Source: Hormiphora californensis (lineage: Eukaryota; Animalia; Ctenophora). From it: 64,000 nucleotides of DNA. Location of the stretch: assembly GCA_020137815.1 (NCBI GenBank), contig CM035352.1:5022001-5086000 (forward strand), written 5' to 3'. Under the pieces are notes generated by a model that worked only from the letters and a program-made list of their open reading frames with translations, was not told where the DNA came from and did not search any database. Positions 25,701-38,924 of the stretch are shown here, in pieces (the stretch's first letter is position 1; each line of letters begins with the position of its first letter). The position numbers were made by a program, and so were the translations under genes.

Positions 25701-28700
25701 ATTCATGGATTAATCAGTGGATCACAATTTCAAATCGTATTTGTATTGCACAGTCGGACCCCGATTTATCAGGATGCTCGGGGGCCGAGTCGAGGGAAAG
25801 GGTTTTGCCCGGCAAATCACGGGACGGTAAATTGATTGAAAGTGGGAGACTGTTAATTACTAATAAGTGTTAAATAGTTACCCATTAAGAAGTTTCATGA
25901 GCATGCATCCCAAACTAAACCAATCAGCACTGCTATCATATTGTCCTTTCTCAATCACTTCAGGGGCCATATAACCGTGGGTGCCCCTGTAGCAAAGAGA
26001 GATATTGTTAGGTTGGGATACATAGAGTCCTGTAATAGGGGAATTGGAGGCCGGAGGGTACCCCTGTAGCAAAGAGATATCTTTAGATCTCGTTCTCTGT
26101 CCGTCTTGTTTCTCTGGCTAGTGACTTGTAAATTACATGTCTGTCCGTTTACTTGTTTGTTTGTCAGTTGTCTGTCTGCTTGTCTGTCTGTCTGTTGAAA
26201 CTAACACAGTGGCAGTTGGTTTCTTCTGACTAAAATCCGTGGCAAGTCCCAGATCTGATATCCTCACATGCCCAGCCTCATCTAACAGCACATTGGCGGG
26301 TTTCAAATCCCTGTATACAATGTTCCGATTGTGCATGTGTTCCAGACCCAGGATCACCTCGGCAGCGTAGAAACGTGTTTCTGCCTCTGTGAAACTGTTC
26401 CGTTGTGTCAGGTGGTAGTGCAGATCACCACCTGAAGGAATTGAGAGTATGTTAGGAATTTGGTGTAATATCATCCAACTGGGGGGGGGGGGGGGGGATC
26501 ACATATACAGTTCCATTAGGCGATGTGGTCGAATCTGTCACCCCCCAGTAGGATGAGGCTTAAATGTATGGAGACAATAGACATCTTCCACTTTTTAAAT
26601 TAAAATTTAATCACAAAATAATGGTTGTAGTCATAAAGTTGGAATAAATTAGTTTGTGGAAAACATACACTTTAGTGTCAGTTTGTCAGTCGATGTGTAC
26701 CATTCATAAGATCGAGGATAAAACAAAGTTTGTCGTTCGTTTGAAAAGCGTAGTTCAAACACACAATAAAGGGGGTATCAACTCGTGCGAGAATATCTCT
26801 CTCATTGACTGCCATCCGCTCTCCTTGTTTCATCTTAATCCTCTTCTTGTAGAGGCACTTCATAGCGAACATCCGACCTGGAAACATGAAACATATGTGA
26901 ATCAGAAAAGACCAAGATGAGGGGGAGAGCTCAGTATCCTAGGTTCCTAAGACGTCTTTACTCTTTAACGAACAAACAGACCTGGAAACACACATGTCAT
27001 AAACAGAACAGTGATGTCACAAAAAAAACATGTCACTATAAACAGATCGGGATCGTTTAGTGGGGATGGGAGAAGGTGAATGTGTGTCGTTGGGGAAGCA
27101 GTATATTTGTGAAGGGCTTGGTATTGTGAAATGTCGTATTGATTAAATGTCCTTAAATGACCTTAATTTCGAGAAATTGAATGCGAGAACCTGAGGTTTG
27201 TGAGAAAGGGAGAGAGAGATATTATATAGGTAGGGATCAGAGACGATGGAGAAAGGGGGATAAAAGGAAACGCTTTTCTGGTGGTCTGTCAAAATATCGA
27301 AGACATTTCGAAACGCAATACGTAAGCAACCTATCCAAATGATTCAATTTCTATTACACTGACAAGTAAGATAACCGAAAGCTGTGAAATTTAAACTGGG
27401 ATGGGCTAATAATGTTCCATATCCTTCTTCTTTTTATCGTTTTCAATCTTTACATGATTTCTCCATCACGGATCACTTCCCTCAATCTACATCACCAATG
27501 AACCTGCCAGGTCTACATTGAGCCACGACCTCATCTTTCCGTCACACACGCATTTGTAAGCCAGTCTCGATATATATGTAATTGTGTGTGTCTCTCTCTC
27601 TCTCTGAGTATAAACAACATGTCACGGTACTCCTTAAACTCGGCACACGCAGTTCGACAACAAGGATTTCGGCCCAGCACGGTAGCTCCACCGGATCTGG
27701 ATCAACTTGCACGTGCACCTTCACTCCCTCTTTCTGTAGCTGCTAAGGCTTTAGCTGCTGGTGAAGGTGGTGATGCTGCTGCTGCGTCGAGTAGCAATAG
27801 CAGGTGGGCTGGCATGGAAAGGAGCAGTGCGAGAAAGGTACGTGTGGACCGGTCTTATCAATTATCATGTTCTAACCCGATGGTCGAGGGAATCATCGCC
27901 GTACTTCCCGGTCCCCGACTAACAAGACTGACCTCAACTGATCCATGATTACACGTGTAATTCCCACACAGGAAATTGCTCGCAAGTGGACGGATGGAGC
28001 TCACAAATCCATTGGAAAACGTGTCCGGAGACAGCTAAGGAACCCCGAGGTAGAGTCCCTGCTGGAGAGCCCTCCGCAACAAGCGGGAACAATGCGGATC
28101 AATGTGTCCGGGAAGGTATTTGATATCTCCGAGAGTGTCCTGAAGAAATTCCCGAACTGTTTGTTTAACAGGTGAGAGTAGTAGTTCTGGATTTCCGTGA
28201 CCACAATCTGATTATGTTGTCACTTGTTCCATTTAAACAGTTTTCATAGTATGAATCATTAACTGTCAGAGCATTGGCCTGACTGGTGACCCTATTCTCA
28301 TTTCTTTCAAATAAAGAGTGCGTAAGAACACCGGTCAGAGCATAAAATCTTGTATTACTTTGTGGCCTGACAGATATATTCTGTTATCTTGTTACCATGA
28401 CAACCCTCTATCCTACAGCCCGGACATGGAGAACTACTACAATCCCGAGATGGGGGTCTACTTTCTAGACCGGAACAGAGCCGTCTTTGAACAAGTCCTG
28501 ATGTACTTTTACTCTGACAAGGAGTTCTATCCGGTAACTGAAAAGTTTATTTTATGAAGTCTATCGTAGAATTCCCATAGTTATATAGTATGGATACTGG
28601 ATAGAGGTAATCTTTTCAAAACATGTTCGAATTTCTCTCACTCCCTCTCTTTACAGTTCCCCGAGTGCCTCCCACCGGAACTCCTCGAGATGGAGCTGGA

Positions 28701-31700
28701 GTTCTACCGGATAGGTTGGAGGTTCTTCCTGGGTACATTCGATAACAAGTATGGTGTCTTTGACTTGGAATTCCGGACGTTGAGGGAGCGAGCGTTTGCC
28801 TTCCTCAACTACCCAGATCTGAATAAGTTCTCGAAAGCCTACATGTGGATGGATTTAGTGTTCATAATTGGATCCATATGTGAGGTAACAAATGAATTCC
28901 AAAAAAAAACCTTTTTTTAGCAAAAACTTGCATGTTCTAAAATATGTCAAAATGATTTTGTCGCCTGCGGGTGTCCAGTTTCAACGCCTCGAAAAAACTT
29001 CTTTACTTCTTCTTCTTCTACCGTCATGGAATATTTGATGCCAAAACATCTTTTTCGTCTTGTTTTATCAGTTTATAGCGGAGAGTGAGCCAGTTATACA
29101 GGCGTATCTACACGAGGAGGAGCGAAACGCCTACCATGTCTTGTTTACCGTCACGAAGTGGGTCTTTCTCCTCTTTTTCACCGGGGACATCATAGCACGT
29201 GCTATTTGCGAGTAAGTTCTAATACACATGTACATCGAGAGAGCTTTCAGGGCAGACTTAGCACGTGCTAAATCCAGAGAGTTCCTTTCATATATTCCCC
29301 TCAGTTTGGACAGGCTAGGATTCTGGTTGGACTATACTGTATGGCTGGATATCATCTCTGTAATCCCATTCTATGTCGACTTGTGGCCTGAGGGCAATCA
29401 AGGAGGTAATATGTACTTCTCAATGATAATCACATCTTTCAGAGGAACCCCTTTATTTCCATCACGAAACCCCTAATTCCCTATTTTTATAAGTTCTCTC
29501 ACGAAACCCCTCTCCGTAGATATGACGACGTTAGAGGCCGGAGTAGATAGTAGCGGATATTACAACTTGCTAAAAATAGCCCGGATATCCCGGTGTCTAA
29601 AGATAGTGAGACGATCAGAGAAACTCCTCATGATTATTGATATCCTTGTGGGGTGTACAGCTGAACTTATTCTTCTTGGCTTTATCTGGTGCCTAGGTGG
29701 GTTACCATAGCATCAGAATGCGTACGCCGTACCATATAACACACTCTGTGTATATTCTGATCTGAGGCACCGCAAAAAGTGGGGTGACACATTTATCCTT
29801 GTACAGTGTGAATAAAACATGATTATTGTGTAAGTACATTCACTGTACGGCAGGTGTACTGATATCCGGGACAATACTCTACTATGCAGAGAACGTTCTA
29901 GTAGTGAACTGGTACAACAATGCAACTGCCAACTGGCACCTGACTAACGTCAATATCAACGGAACTTCCACTTGGGTAAGAAGAGATGATTGACCGAATC
30001 AGGAAATACTGGTCCCTGATTGGCTGATAACCAGTCACGTGACCTAAATAACGAGTTCTGATTGGTTGTTTACTTGTGTCGGTCGGTTCCTGGTAAGAAG
30101 AGATGATTGATCGCTTCGACATTCATGGGAGACGTACTGGATTTCATTGAATATAGTTGAAACCTATAGAAGTTCACAATTATTGTCTGAAACTACCTTA
30201 CTCTCGTTAATTAAGCTCGCATATTTCAAGAAACTTTTAAATAAGAAACTTTTTTTCTAGGAAACTACAGGTCTGAGCAATCCAAAAACAAAAAGAATTT
30301 CTCCTTTATCAAGAAAGTAGAAACTAAACAAGTTAGGGGTGTTCTATTTTGTTGTGGTGTGTCTGAATTGTGTGATTTACATTTGAAAAGTTTCTTATAA
30401 AAAAGTTTCTTACTAAAGCGTTTCTTAAAAAACGAGAGTAAGGTATATTTGTCTGTAACATTCTACACTTGATTTGATCAATTTCACACAGGTGTATAAA
30501 CCCTGGTTCTACAGCATCATGGAGTCGTGCTGGCAATCAGTGGTTGTCATAGGAACGGTAGGCTATGGTAACGTGTACCCGGTGTACGCTGCGGGTAAAC
30601 TAATTACCAGTTGTATCATCTTCCTATCTTCAATTTTAATGGCAATACCCATGACGATCATCATTAAACGGTGAGTCGAGTGAGTAGGTGCAGGGGTCAA
30701 GGGGATCTCAAGGGGAGCTGGAGACGTGTATTTTCTTGACCATTTAAAGTCGACCGAAGTATAATAAGAGATAGACATTAGACATCATTTACCAGTCAAT
30801 TTCTGGTGTAATTGCTTTCAGCCCCAAGCAATTATCTTGCACTCTTACAAATAGACAGCCTCAAACATTGAGCAATCTTATTTTGAAGTTCCCTTTATAA
30901 TTATATCACCCTTCCATTGCAACCCAACCTCAATTATCAGATTCAGTGAGAGTTACGAGAAAAATGCCCGGGAAAACCGGTTACGAAAGATTTTTGGCGG
31001 GAAATTCACCGACGAAACAGTTCATGTTAAGACATTTGAAAAAAGGATGGCTACTGCCAAGAGGATTCAGATCGCAGCTAGTATCCAGAAATATAGGGAG
31101 GGCAATACGATAACAGGCAAAGTGAAGCAGTGGTCAGAAACTGAAACTTGCTGTTGGTTGGGAAGGGGATCAAGCGTGCTTGAGGTCAAGACGTGAAGGT
31201 TAGTAGGGAGTATATGATATGTAGTAGAGGTCAAATGAAGGTATAGATAGCAGGGGAGTGTGTGAAAGTTTTGATAGACCCCTCGATTAGATATCTATTT
31301 AAAAAGTGATAATTTTTACATTTCAGGTACCCATCGTGTACTGGTTCTATGGATGATGTTACCATGGTTACCATGGTTACCATGGTTACCATGGTCACGT
31401 ACCTGTATCAACCTTTCTGCATCCGTACACTTCACCGAACCCTCCTCTCCCAATTATCCTATGTAGACTGAAGTCGTCTATTTTCACCTTGAAAAGAAGA
31501 ATAGAAATGTAGAATATATCTTGTGTATTTCAGAGTTTCTTTATTTTTTAATTACGTCATTGTTTTATGTTTTAAGGAAAATCAAATAGAAAATACCTTA
31601 GTGTTAATTTCAAGAGATTTCCACTGTAGATATCTGGTGTAATAATTGCTCTCCAAAAATGAGGGGTATTCCATTTCATGCATCATTGCTTTGATGTTAT

Positions 31701-34700
31701 CACCGTATTTCTACACATGAAAATATCAAATGTCAAGGAGATACACACTGTTTTAAATGATGATATACGTAGTTGAACTAAAAAAGGAGCAGTTCAATAC
31801 ATGACAGCCAGAATGCATTTTATTTTCTCTCAAGGTTAATGAATAAAGATAGACAGTTATTATAGCCTTGAGAACAATCTATTGTTGAATATTTTAATGA
31901 GGACTGTCAGACTATTGCAATCTTACATGACTATAGTCTCATGACTATAGTCTGACATACCCTATTAAAAATATTAAACGACAGTTGCCCAATAACAATT
32001 TGTGATTTTAGGCCCAAAAATAGAATATGTAATACTAATAATATGACACAAAACCATAGGGGGGGGGCCGGCTGAAGTTTTTGAAGTTTTTGAAGTCAAC
32101 TTCAAAAACTTCAAAGAGAAACTTAGGGTGGAAAACTTCAAAAACTTCAAAAACTCATATCTCCTAAACCGTTGGAGATAGGCCCTATGTTGCTTCATAA
32201 CTCTTATATAAACTCGAGGCCGCTGATGATTTTGGTGTCCATATTTTTTTTCACTACTCCCTTAATAAAAAATTTGCATTTTGTGAAACTGGCAAAAAGG
32301 GTGTGGCCCAAAAAAAAATTTGAAAATTTACTTTATAATTTTTTCCCTGCCCGGGTGAATGCCGAAGGCATTCACCCGGATGCCTTTTTACTTTGTAAAA
32401 AGGCATAGCAGGGTTAGAATTCGAAAACGACATTTTGGTATACTAACTAATCGGTAGAGGGACCATTTTGGTCACACTTTCGTTGCGAGGGCAACGGCGT
32501 AGCAACTAGAGCTGCGCACACAACAACAGGGTGCTCCTTTATCAAAACAAACAAACGACGCGATTCCTTGGACGTGGTGTGCGCGCGCCACTCAACAAAA
32601 CATGAAATAGCGCTGCCGCGCGTTTCGCGTGTTACATACACATGGTCATCTTGCGAGTCGAATGTGAAAGGTCAGATAAGTAGTAGTCAAAAGCTAGTTA
32701 GCAAGTGTCATGTGAGTTAGCTAAGCTATGTGAGAAGTATACTGACGTCTGACAGCTAGATCGTATGCATCTCACATTACATTACGACCAAGCCTTGATC
32801 CTGTTGGCAGTGACAATGTCACTGACATGTGAAACGGAGGGCAGGGAAACACAGCATTATGAATACATAATGCAATAATTCTTGTTAAACACTTTCTTAG
32901 CATTTTCTAGGCAACTTTTTGAGTTATAGAATGAAAATGAAATCTGTTTTTACAAAAAATTTAAATTTTTTACACCAAATTGTGCCATGGATTTCATGGC
33001 TAGGAATCATCGTAAATATCCTAATTTGTGGTAGAAAAAGGGCAGACAAGGACGGATAACTTTGCCACAATATGTATTAAGAATAAAACTAACCTAAACA
33101 AGTGTAATACAGTCGGACCCCGATTTAGTGGCCCCCGATTTAGTGGCACCCCGATTTAGTGGCAGGATTTTTTTCCCCCAAAAATTTTTTTGAATTTTTT
33201 GTGAAATTTTTTTGAAATTTTTTTGAAAATTTTTCAAAGAAACACCAGCCACGTCCGAATCGTTTTTCGAATCAGTGAATCTTATCGCATGTCCTGCTGC
33301 TAATTAGATGGTTCGGAACGAACCGATACGTGATCCCCATGGGGCCATTGAATCACAAGTTCACCAAGCGTCAAAATTTCGATTCGATGGGGATCACGTT
33401 TCGATTCGTCCCGAACCGTCTAATTAGTAGCAGGACATGCAATAAGATGCACCGATTCGAAACAGGATTCGGACGTGGCTGGTATACCTTTAAAAATTTT
33501 AAAACTTTTTTTTGCAAAATTTTACAGTAAGATTGCCAATGCTTTGATCGGTGCTCCCCATAAATTTTGAGAGAAAAAGTTATTTTGAAATTTTGATACT
33601 TCCTCACCTGCTTAGGGTGCCCCAATTCGGCATGGTATCACGTATCGGTTCGTTTCGAACCCGCTAATTAGACAGGATATCCAGTAAGCTGCACCGATTC
33701 GAAACACAAATCGGACGGGCCGGTATAACTTAGAAAATTTTTCACAATTTTTTGAAAAAATTATTTTATAGTTTTCTATTTCTAATCAGAAATGATCATG
33801 TCAACAATAAATGAACACTGCATATCACAGTTAGAAGTGTCTTTAGTATAGCATTTTGGGCATAAAATAGGTTTTTATGGGCCAAATATGGCTCACCTCG
33901 ATTTAGTGGCACCCCGATTTAGTGGCAGGATTTTTTTCCCCCGAGGATGCCACTAAATCGGGGTCCGACTGTAATAGTCACTGATAGCATATAAAAGTAG
34001 TTTAGACTTTTTGAAGTTTTTGAAGTTTTTGAAGTCAACTTCAAAAACTTCAAAAACTCAAAAAGTAGGGTGGAAAACTTCAAACTTCAAAAACTTCAGC
34101 CGGCCCCCCCCCAACCATAGAAGCCTTGATATATAACCTACATCAAAAAGGTCTGGTGCTGTTTCATCGTTCGCTAGACTCTCCCGAACATGTTCTGCGT
34201 CTTCAATTGGATACGGCTGCCGGGGGAGGGATCATATATGAGCTATACAAGTTTGTAAAACGGAATGTTAGTAAATTAACGGAGCTAAAAAGGCATTCAC
34301 TGATTGGTTAAAAACTAAAAAGCTCGTTTTAATTGGTCTGTGAACTTTACAATTGTAAACTAAACAGCCATGTATTTGAAGCTGATAAATATAACGGAAA
34401 CTGGAGCCATACTTACCACATTACCAATATTAGGTGGGGTTTTGTCCGGCTGGAAATTGTAATTAGACAACGAGAGAAAAGGACAAACTAACTAAACTGA
34501 AACGAACACCTTGTTTTGTTCAAACCCACAGAGAGGGTCGGACAAAACAAAAGTACACACCATTTACACTCACATGGTCGCGTGCTAGAAGATCTGGCAT
34601 TATAAACTCATCAAATATTTCCTTTGCAGCGGGTTTTCTCGTAGCATTTGAATCCATGTTCTGATAGTCTCGAATCTGTAACAAGATTAATAAAATGAAC

Positions 34701-35286
34701 TAATTTTCATAAAGCTTACTCAGTTATAATGTTGGCCAATTGTTTTTTCGTGTTCCCGTACTAACTAAAAATTAAGTTGAAAGTTCCTCCTATTGCAGCA
34801 TTGTGTGACTCACACCACATTTTATTTCGGTAGTGTGAGGGTGACCGCTGAGGGTGAGGGTTAGAGTGAGGGTAATCAAGAGCAGCTGTTCTCACCTTTT
34901 CCAAGAAACACAGCGACTTCTCAGAGCCAGGATCGCCAGAGCCCCCATTTTTAATAAACTGCTTAAAAATGTTGTAACCTATCAGCTCACTAAACATGTT
35001 ATCAAAACTAATTTGCCCCTTTTCTTGGAGGTACTTGTAGGTCACATCCCGGCAACTGGGAGGTGGAAGGTCTTTAAAGAAACTATCTTGAGACAGAGCG
35101 AATCAAGAAATAAATATTAGGATGGAATTAACTAACTAATTAACTAACTAATTAATTAACTAAGCGGCTGTACCTTGGATCTGGGAGGGCAACACGCCGT
35201 GTAGATCTCCTGACGGGCTCATTACGACTCTTCTCCATGGCCATCAGATAGGAAACGTCCGCCAGGACGGCCTCCAAATCTGCCAT
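19763..35286 (-). CDS. GRK2: G protein-coupled receptor kinase, beta-adrenergic receptor kinase (GRK2/3) type; about 16 exons; RH, kinase and PH domains
   Basis: Diagnostic N-terminus [20 protein letters not shown]. Also [21 protein letters not shown] (31403-31487), [75 protein letters not shown] and PH exon [28 protein letters not shown]. Last exon assignment is tentative. Confidence 0.93.
20126..20213. mobile_element. hAT-like MITE, truncated copy
   Basis: AAACAACCAATCAGAACTCG...GGTCGGTTCCTG; flanking sequence is locally duplicated. Confidence 0.75.
21990..22065. mobile_element. Short pogo-like MITE
   Basis: TA|CAGTCGGACCCCGATTTACCGGG ... CCCGGTAATTCGGGGTCTGACTG|TA. Confidence 0.8.
22912..23922. 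mobile_element. ~1.0-kb foldback element, TAG...CTA termini, 3-bp TSD TAT (Academ-like), in a GRK intron
   Basis: Arms of ~460 bp are near-perfect reverse complements around a short spacer at ~23380-23435. TAT|TAGTTAGGG ... CCCCTAACTA|TAT. Confidence 0.85.
27619..31196 (+). CDS. Voltage-gated K+ channel alpha subunit, Shaker superfamily (T1 + 6TM), nested antisense in a GRK intron; about 10 exons
   Basis: T1 motifs [33 protein letters not shown]; S3 [11 protein letters not shown]; S4 [17 protein letters not shown]; pore [17 protein letters not shown]; S6 LMAIPMTII; stop TGA at 31194-31196. Where checked, exon phases join in frame. Confidence 0.92.
29992..30092. mobile_element. hAT-like MITE in a Kv intron
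   Basis: Same ~108-bp family, opposite orientation. Flanked by a duplicated GTAAGAAGAGATGATTGA donor sequence. Confidence 0.75.
32059..34112. mobile_element. ~2-kb non-coding TIR element (G9/C9 termini, TSD AACCATA[G]) containing a nested pogo-like element
   Basis: AACCATA|GGGGGGGGGCCGGCTGAAGTTTTTGAAG ... CTTCAAAAACTTCAGCCGGCCCCCCCCC|AACCATA, with subterminal AAAAACTTC repeats. Confidence 0.8.
33110..33971. mobile_element. Long (860-bp) member of the pogo-like MITE family with internal inverted repeats
   Basis: TA|CAGTCGGACCCCGATTTAGTGG ... CCACTAAATCGGGGTCCGACTG|TA. Internal ~95-bp inverted pair 33244-33340 / 33389-33483. Confidence 0.8.
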
Positions 35287-37710
35287 ATCTGGAAAAGGAG
35301 AGGATGGATTAGATGAGAGCTGTAAGATATCAAGCTGCCCTATCTGGAAAAGGAGAGGATGGATTAGATGAGAGCTGTAAGATATCAAGCTACTGCTAAC
35401 TGTAGAAATGTCTAACTAAACTTGGGGGGATTCTCCATATATCTGGAGGGAGAGGATTAGATCCCGATCTATGCTGAGACTTCGTGGAGGGTTAATCTCA
35501 GATACTAAGAGATTATAGCTGTCAAAAGGGGGCCTTACAATTTCACAATTCAGTCAAGCAATGGTGCAATGAACGAGGGGGAGATAAGATAGGTTTTAAG
35601 TAGAATTAAGGCAGTATCTGACAAGTTGAATGACAATTTGGGGGCACATAGAGAATTAAATAAAATGAGGAAGAAATAGTTATGCAAGATTCAGTCAATG
35701 AAATGGTTTGATGAGCTTGTGTGATATATATCACAATAGAGACTGCACTGCAGGCCCTGCAGCAGCGCCATGGTGTAGATGCAATTCTCTTATCAATAAA
35801 AGACACGAGTTTTTAGAAAATAGCACCGATAAGTTCGCAGTAAAAATGAAAATAAATGATATCAATTTATAGAAACAATGAACCACGCGTACTGCATATA
35901 TATGGCCTGGTTTTGAAGCTCAATATAGATTGCAGGGTCTGCCCCGATATGCCAACAGGCAACAATGGTATGCTGTAATGATGCTGTAATCATGGTAATT
36001 GAATGAGAGTCATGAGAAACAATGAATAATGCACACACGTACACACACAATACAAGAGGGATTGTCAATTATAATTAACTATATATATGGTGTTGTTCAA
36101 GATCTCGATTGAAGGTTTAGAGTGAAGGGTGGGAGAAACTGTTTAGTTCCCGACAACTAAAGGGGCAAGAAATGGGGCGAGAAATGCAGGGGAGCTGGTG
36201 AGTGAGCTGATTGTGCGAGAGATCTGTCAAAGAAGGGAATATATCACATTAAAATTAAACATGTTGGAGGAAGGAAGATGAATGAAGGTGAAGGAACTAC
36301 GGTGAAGGAGCAACGATTTTGATAGATAGCATAAAGATAGGGTTGATCTTTAAATAGAAATACATAAATTTGTTTAATTAAAAACGCCTCCAGAAAAATT
36401 TAGATTCTATAGAGGTTTGATTCTAAAACTTGCATATAATACATCGGGGAACAAGAAAGCAGTATATAAAGGGGAGAAAGGGGTAAAAATTTGCCTAGCT
36501 AGACCCTGTTTAGTAAACAGTGTTTACAAATGTTAAGGAAGGGTAAGAACATATAACAAAGAATTTACCTGATTTTGAGGAAGCAGTAAGTCACACCGTC
36601 AATGCGTCCTCTTTATCTCTCACTTTTAACCCAACAATTCACCAGTTTGTACGTCGCTACTATTTTATATCACACCTGAATACCCTGGGTAGCCCGCGGG
36701 TCTCAATTTATGGCTCAATCACCGCCACCTGATTACTCATAAACGAATCCAACATTGACCTATACAGTCCATCGGCTAAGGAAGATTGGGAGTTAAAAGG
36801 GGAGAAACAAGGATTGGTTGGATTCATTTGGAGGGACGGATGGTTCATATAATTCGCTTGACCAGCAGAAATATGGAGAACAACTGAAATATTTGAGGAC
36901 CAGAAACTGCTTCTAAGTACTAAAAAGTGACTGCAGGTGCATGTATGAACAGTAAAACATAAACTGTGAAATATGAGATGCTTATTTTTTTACGAGAACA
37001 CACGCCATTTACACTCACTCTCTCTCACACACACTCTCTCCCTCTCTCTCCATCTCTCTCTCTCCCAATTTTGAGTGCGTGTTGACAGAATGTGCAGCTG
37101 TGCTGTAACCAGGTGTTAATGTTAAGGCAGCCTGAAAATATAACAGCTACTGATGTTAGGGGGCTATGTAACATTTTGTAACATTTTGTTGTAACACACG
37201 ATACGGCATAAATGGTTACATACAACACCCCTGCAGTAGGACACTGTACATGTTTCAGGCTGGATATTTCATATTACAGGAAGTACACTACTTAAAATAT
37301 AAAATTACTACAGTTCTCTCGAGAACATGTAGTTATATTGCAGATCTAGATAGATCTTAGGTAAGCAGAAATTAAGTAGAAATTAAAAAGAAACTCAAGG
37401 ACATTGAAAACGCATTCTGCGTTTTAAAATCTGACGCAAGTGCAAAGTACTTTCTCATGTCTCTCTATCTCTCTATCTCTCCATCTCTCTATCTATATAT
37501 CCCTATCTCTCTCTCTCTCCAACTCTCTCTATATCTCTCCCACTCTCTCTATATCTCACTTTCTCTGAGAGCGTTTATTCTTCTCCTTCCTCCTACCACC
37601 ACATGCCAGTCATGCAAAATTTCGACAACAAAAGACCTGGCATTGGACACACATTCTTCTTCTTCATTGTCATGAGAGCGGCACGCACAGCTGTGTGACA
37701 ATGTACCATG

Positions 37711-37793
37711 CAGTCAGACCCCCGATTTATCGGGATACTAGGGGAAAGATTATTCCCGGTAAATCGAGGTTCCCGGTAAATCGGAGTTCGACT
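37711..37793. mobile_element. Degenerate pogo-like MITE
   Basis: CAGTCAGACCCCCGATTTATCGGG...CCCGGTAAATCGGAGTTCGACT. Confidence 0.65.
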
Positions 37794-38012
37794 TAATATT
37801 ATGCAGTTAGTAGTTACAGACGAACGCAATTTGGGAATTACCATAATAATCACACACGCACGCAGTGATAATTATGCATTCATTGGTAAACAACAGAGAG
37901 GAGAAAATCAAATAATGGATTGCGAGAGAGCTGAGAGAGAAATGGGGATTGGGAGAAAAATAATAGAGAGAGGGTGAGATAGAGATAGATGGATAGATAG
38001 GATAGATGGATT

Positions 38013-38017
<5 letters not shown>

Positions 38018-38089
<72 letters not shown>

Positions 38090-38092
38090 GAG
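38018..38092. repeat. (GA)n microsatellite; others at 45050-45125, 45655-45795 and 55640-55740
   Basis: Direct inspection. Confidence 0.95.
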
Positions 38093-38430
38093 CTAACGTA
38101 AATCATACAGTATGCTGGGACCAACAGGTCCGTATGCAGCAGACTCATCCAAGGCAGGCAAGTCTAAGATCAGGGAGGAAAAGCGAGAAAGTGGGAAAGT
38201 GAGAGAGAGGAGGAGGGAGAGAGAGAGAGAGAGAGAGAGGGGGGGGTGGGGGAATGAACTTGCTAGAACGACTAATGTATCAATGTCAAGGAAGGAAAGG
38301 AGTTTGTGTATGCTAGAAAAAGGAGAATATAGAGAGCAGATCACAGATGTGGTACTGGGCGTGTGTGTGTGCAGATGGTGCACGCCTATCACAGGTGTGT
38401 TCGATGGGGTATAATAAGAGAAAAGAGATG

Positions 38431-38464
<34 letters not shown>

Positions 38465-38924
38465 GAAAAGATGGAGAGAGAGATACAGAGAGACTATAAC
38501 GAGGGGGTGAGAGAGAGAGAGAGAGAGACAGAAACGTTTAAAGAGATGCAATCCTTACATAGTATAAAAAAGCAGCGAGCGAGAATGAGTTGCATCCAAT
38601 TCATATATACTGAGGTCACACGAGACAAAGATCGAGACACGGAGGTCGCAAGGAGGAGATAATACAAAAGTGTGGAGATTAAGCTAGACAAAGAGTACAA
38701 TAATTGTGTAATAGTTGTACACTAGCACGTCCTATATTGGCCCATTGACACAGCTAACCTTTTTTAATTTTCTGTAATTTGATCTGAAAGAGGTCGGATA
38801 ATAACATAGTTGAAAATAGACGGTACTACTCCTAGCAGAGCCACGAAATGTATTCAATAGAGTAGAGAGCGGAATATTATCATTTCTCAATTAGGAGCAC
38901 CCACATATACTCACATATTATTAT

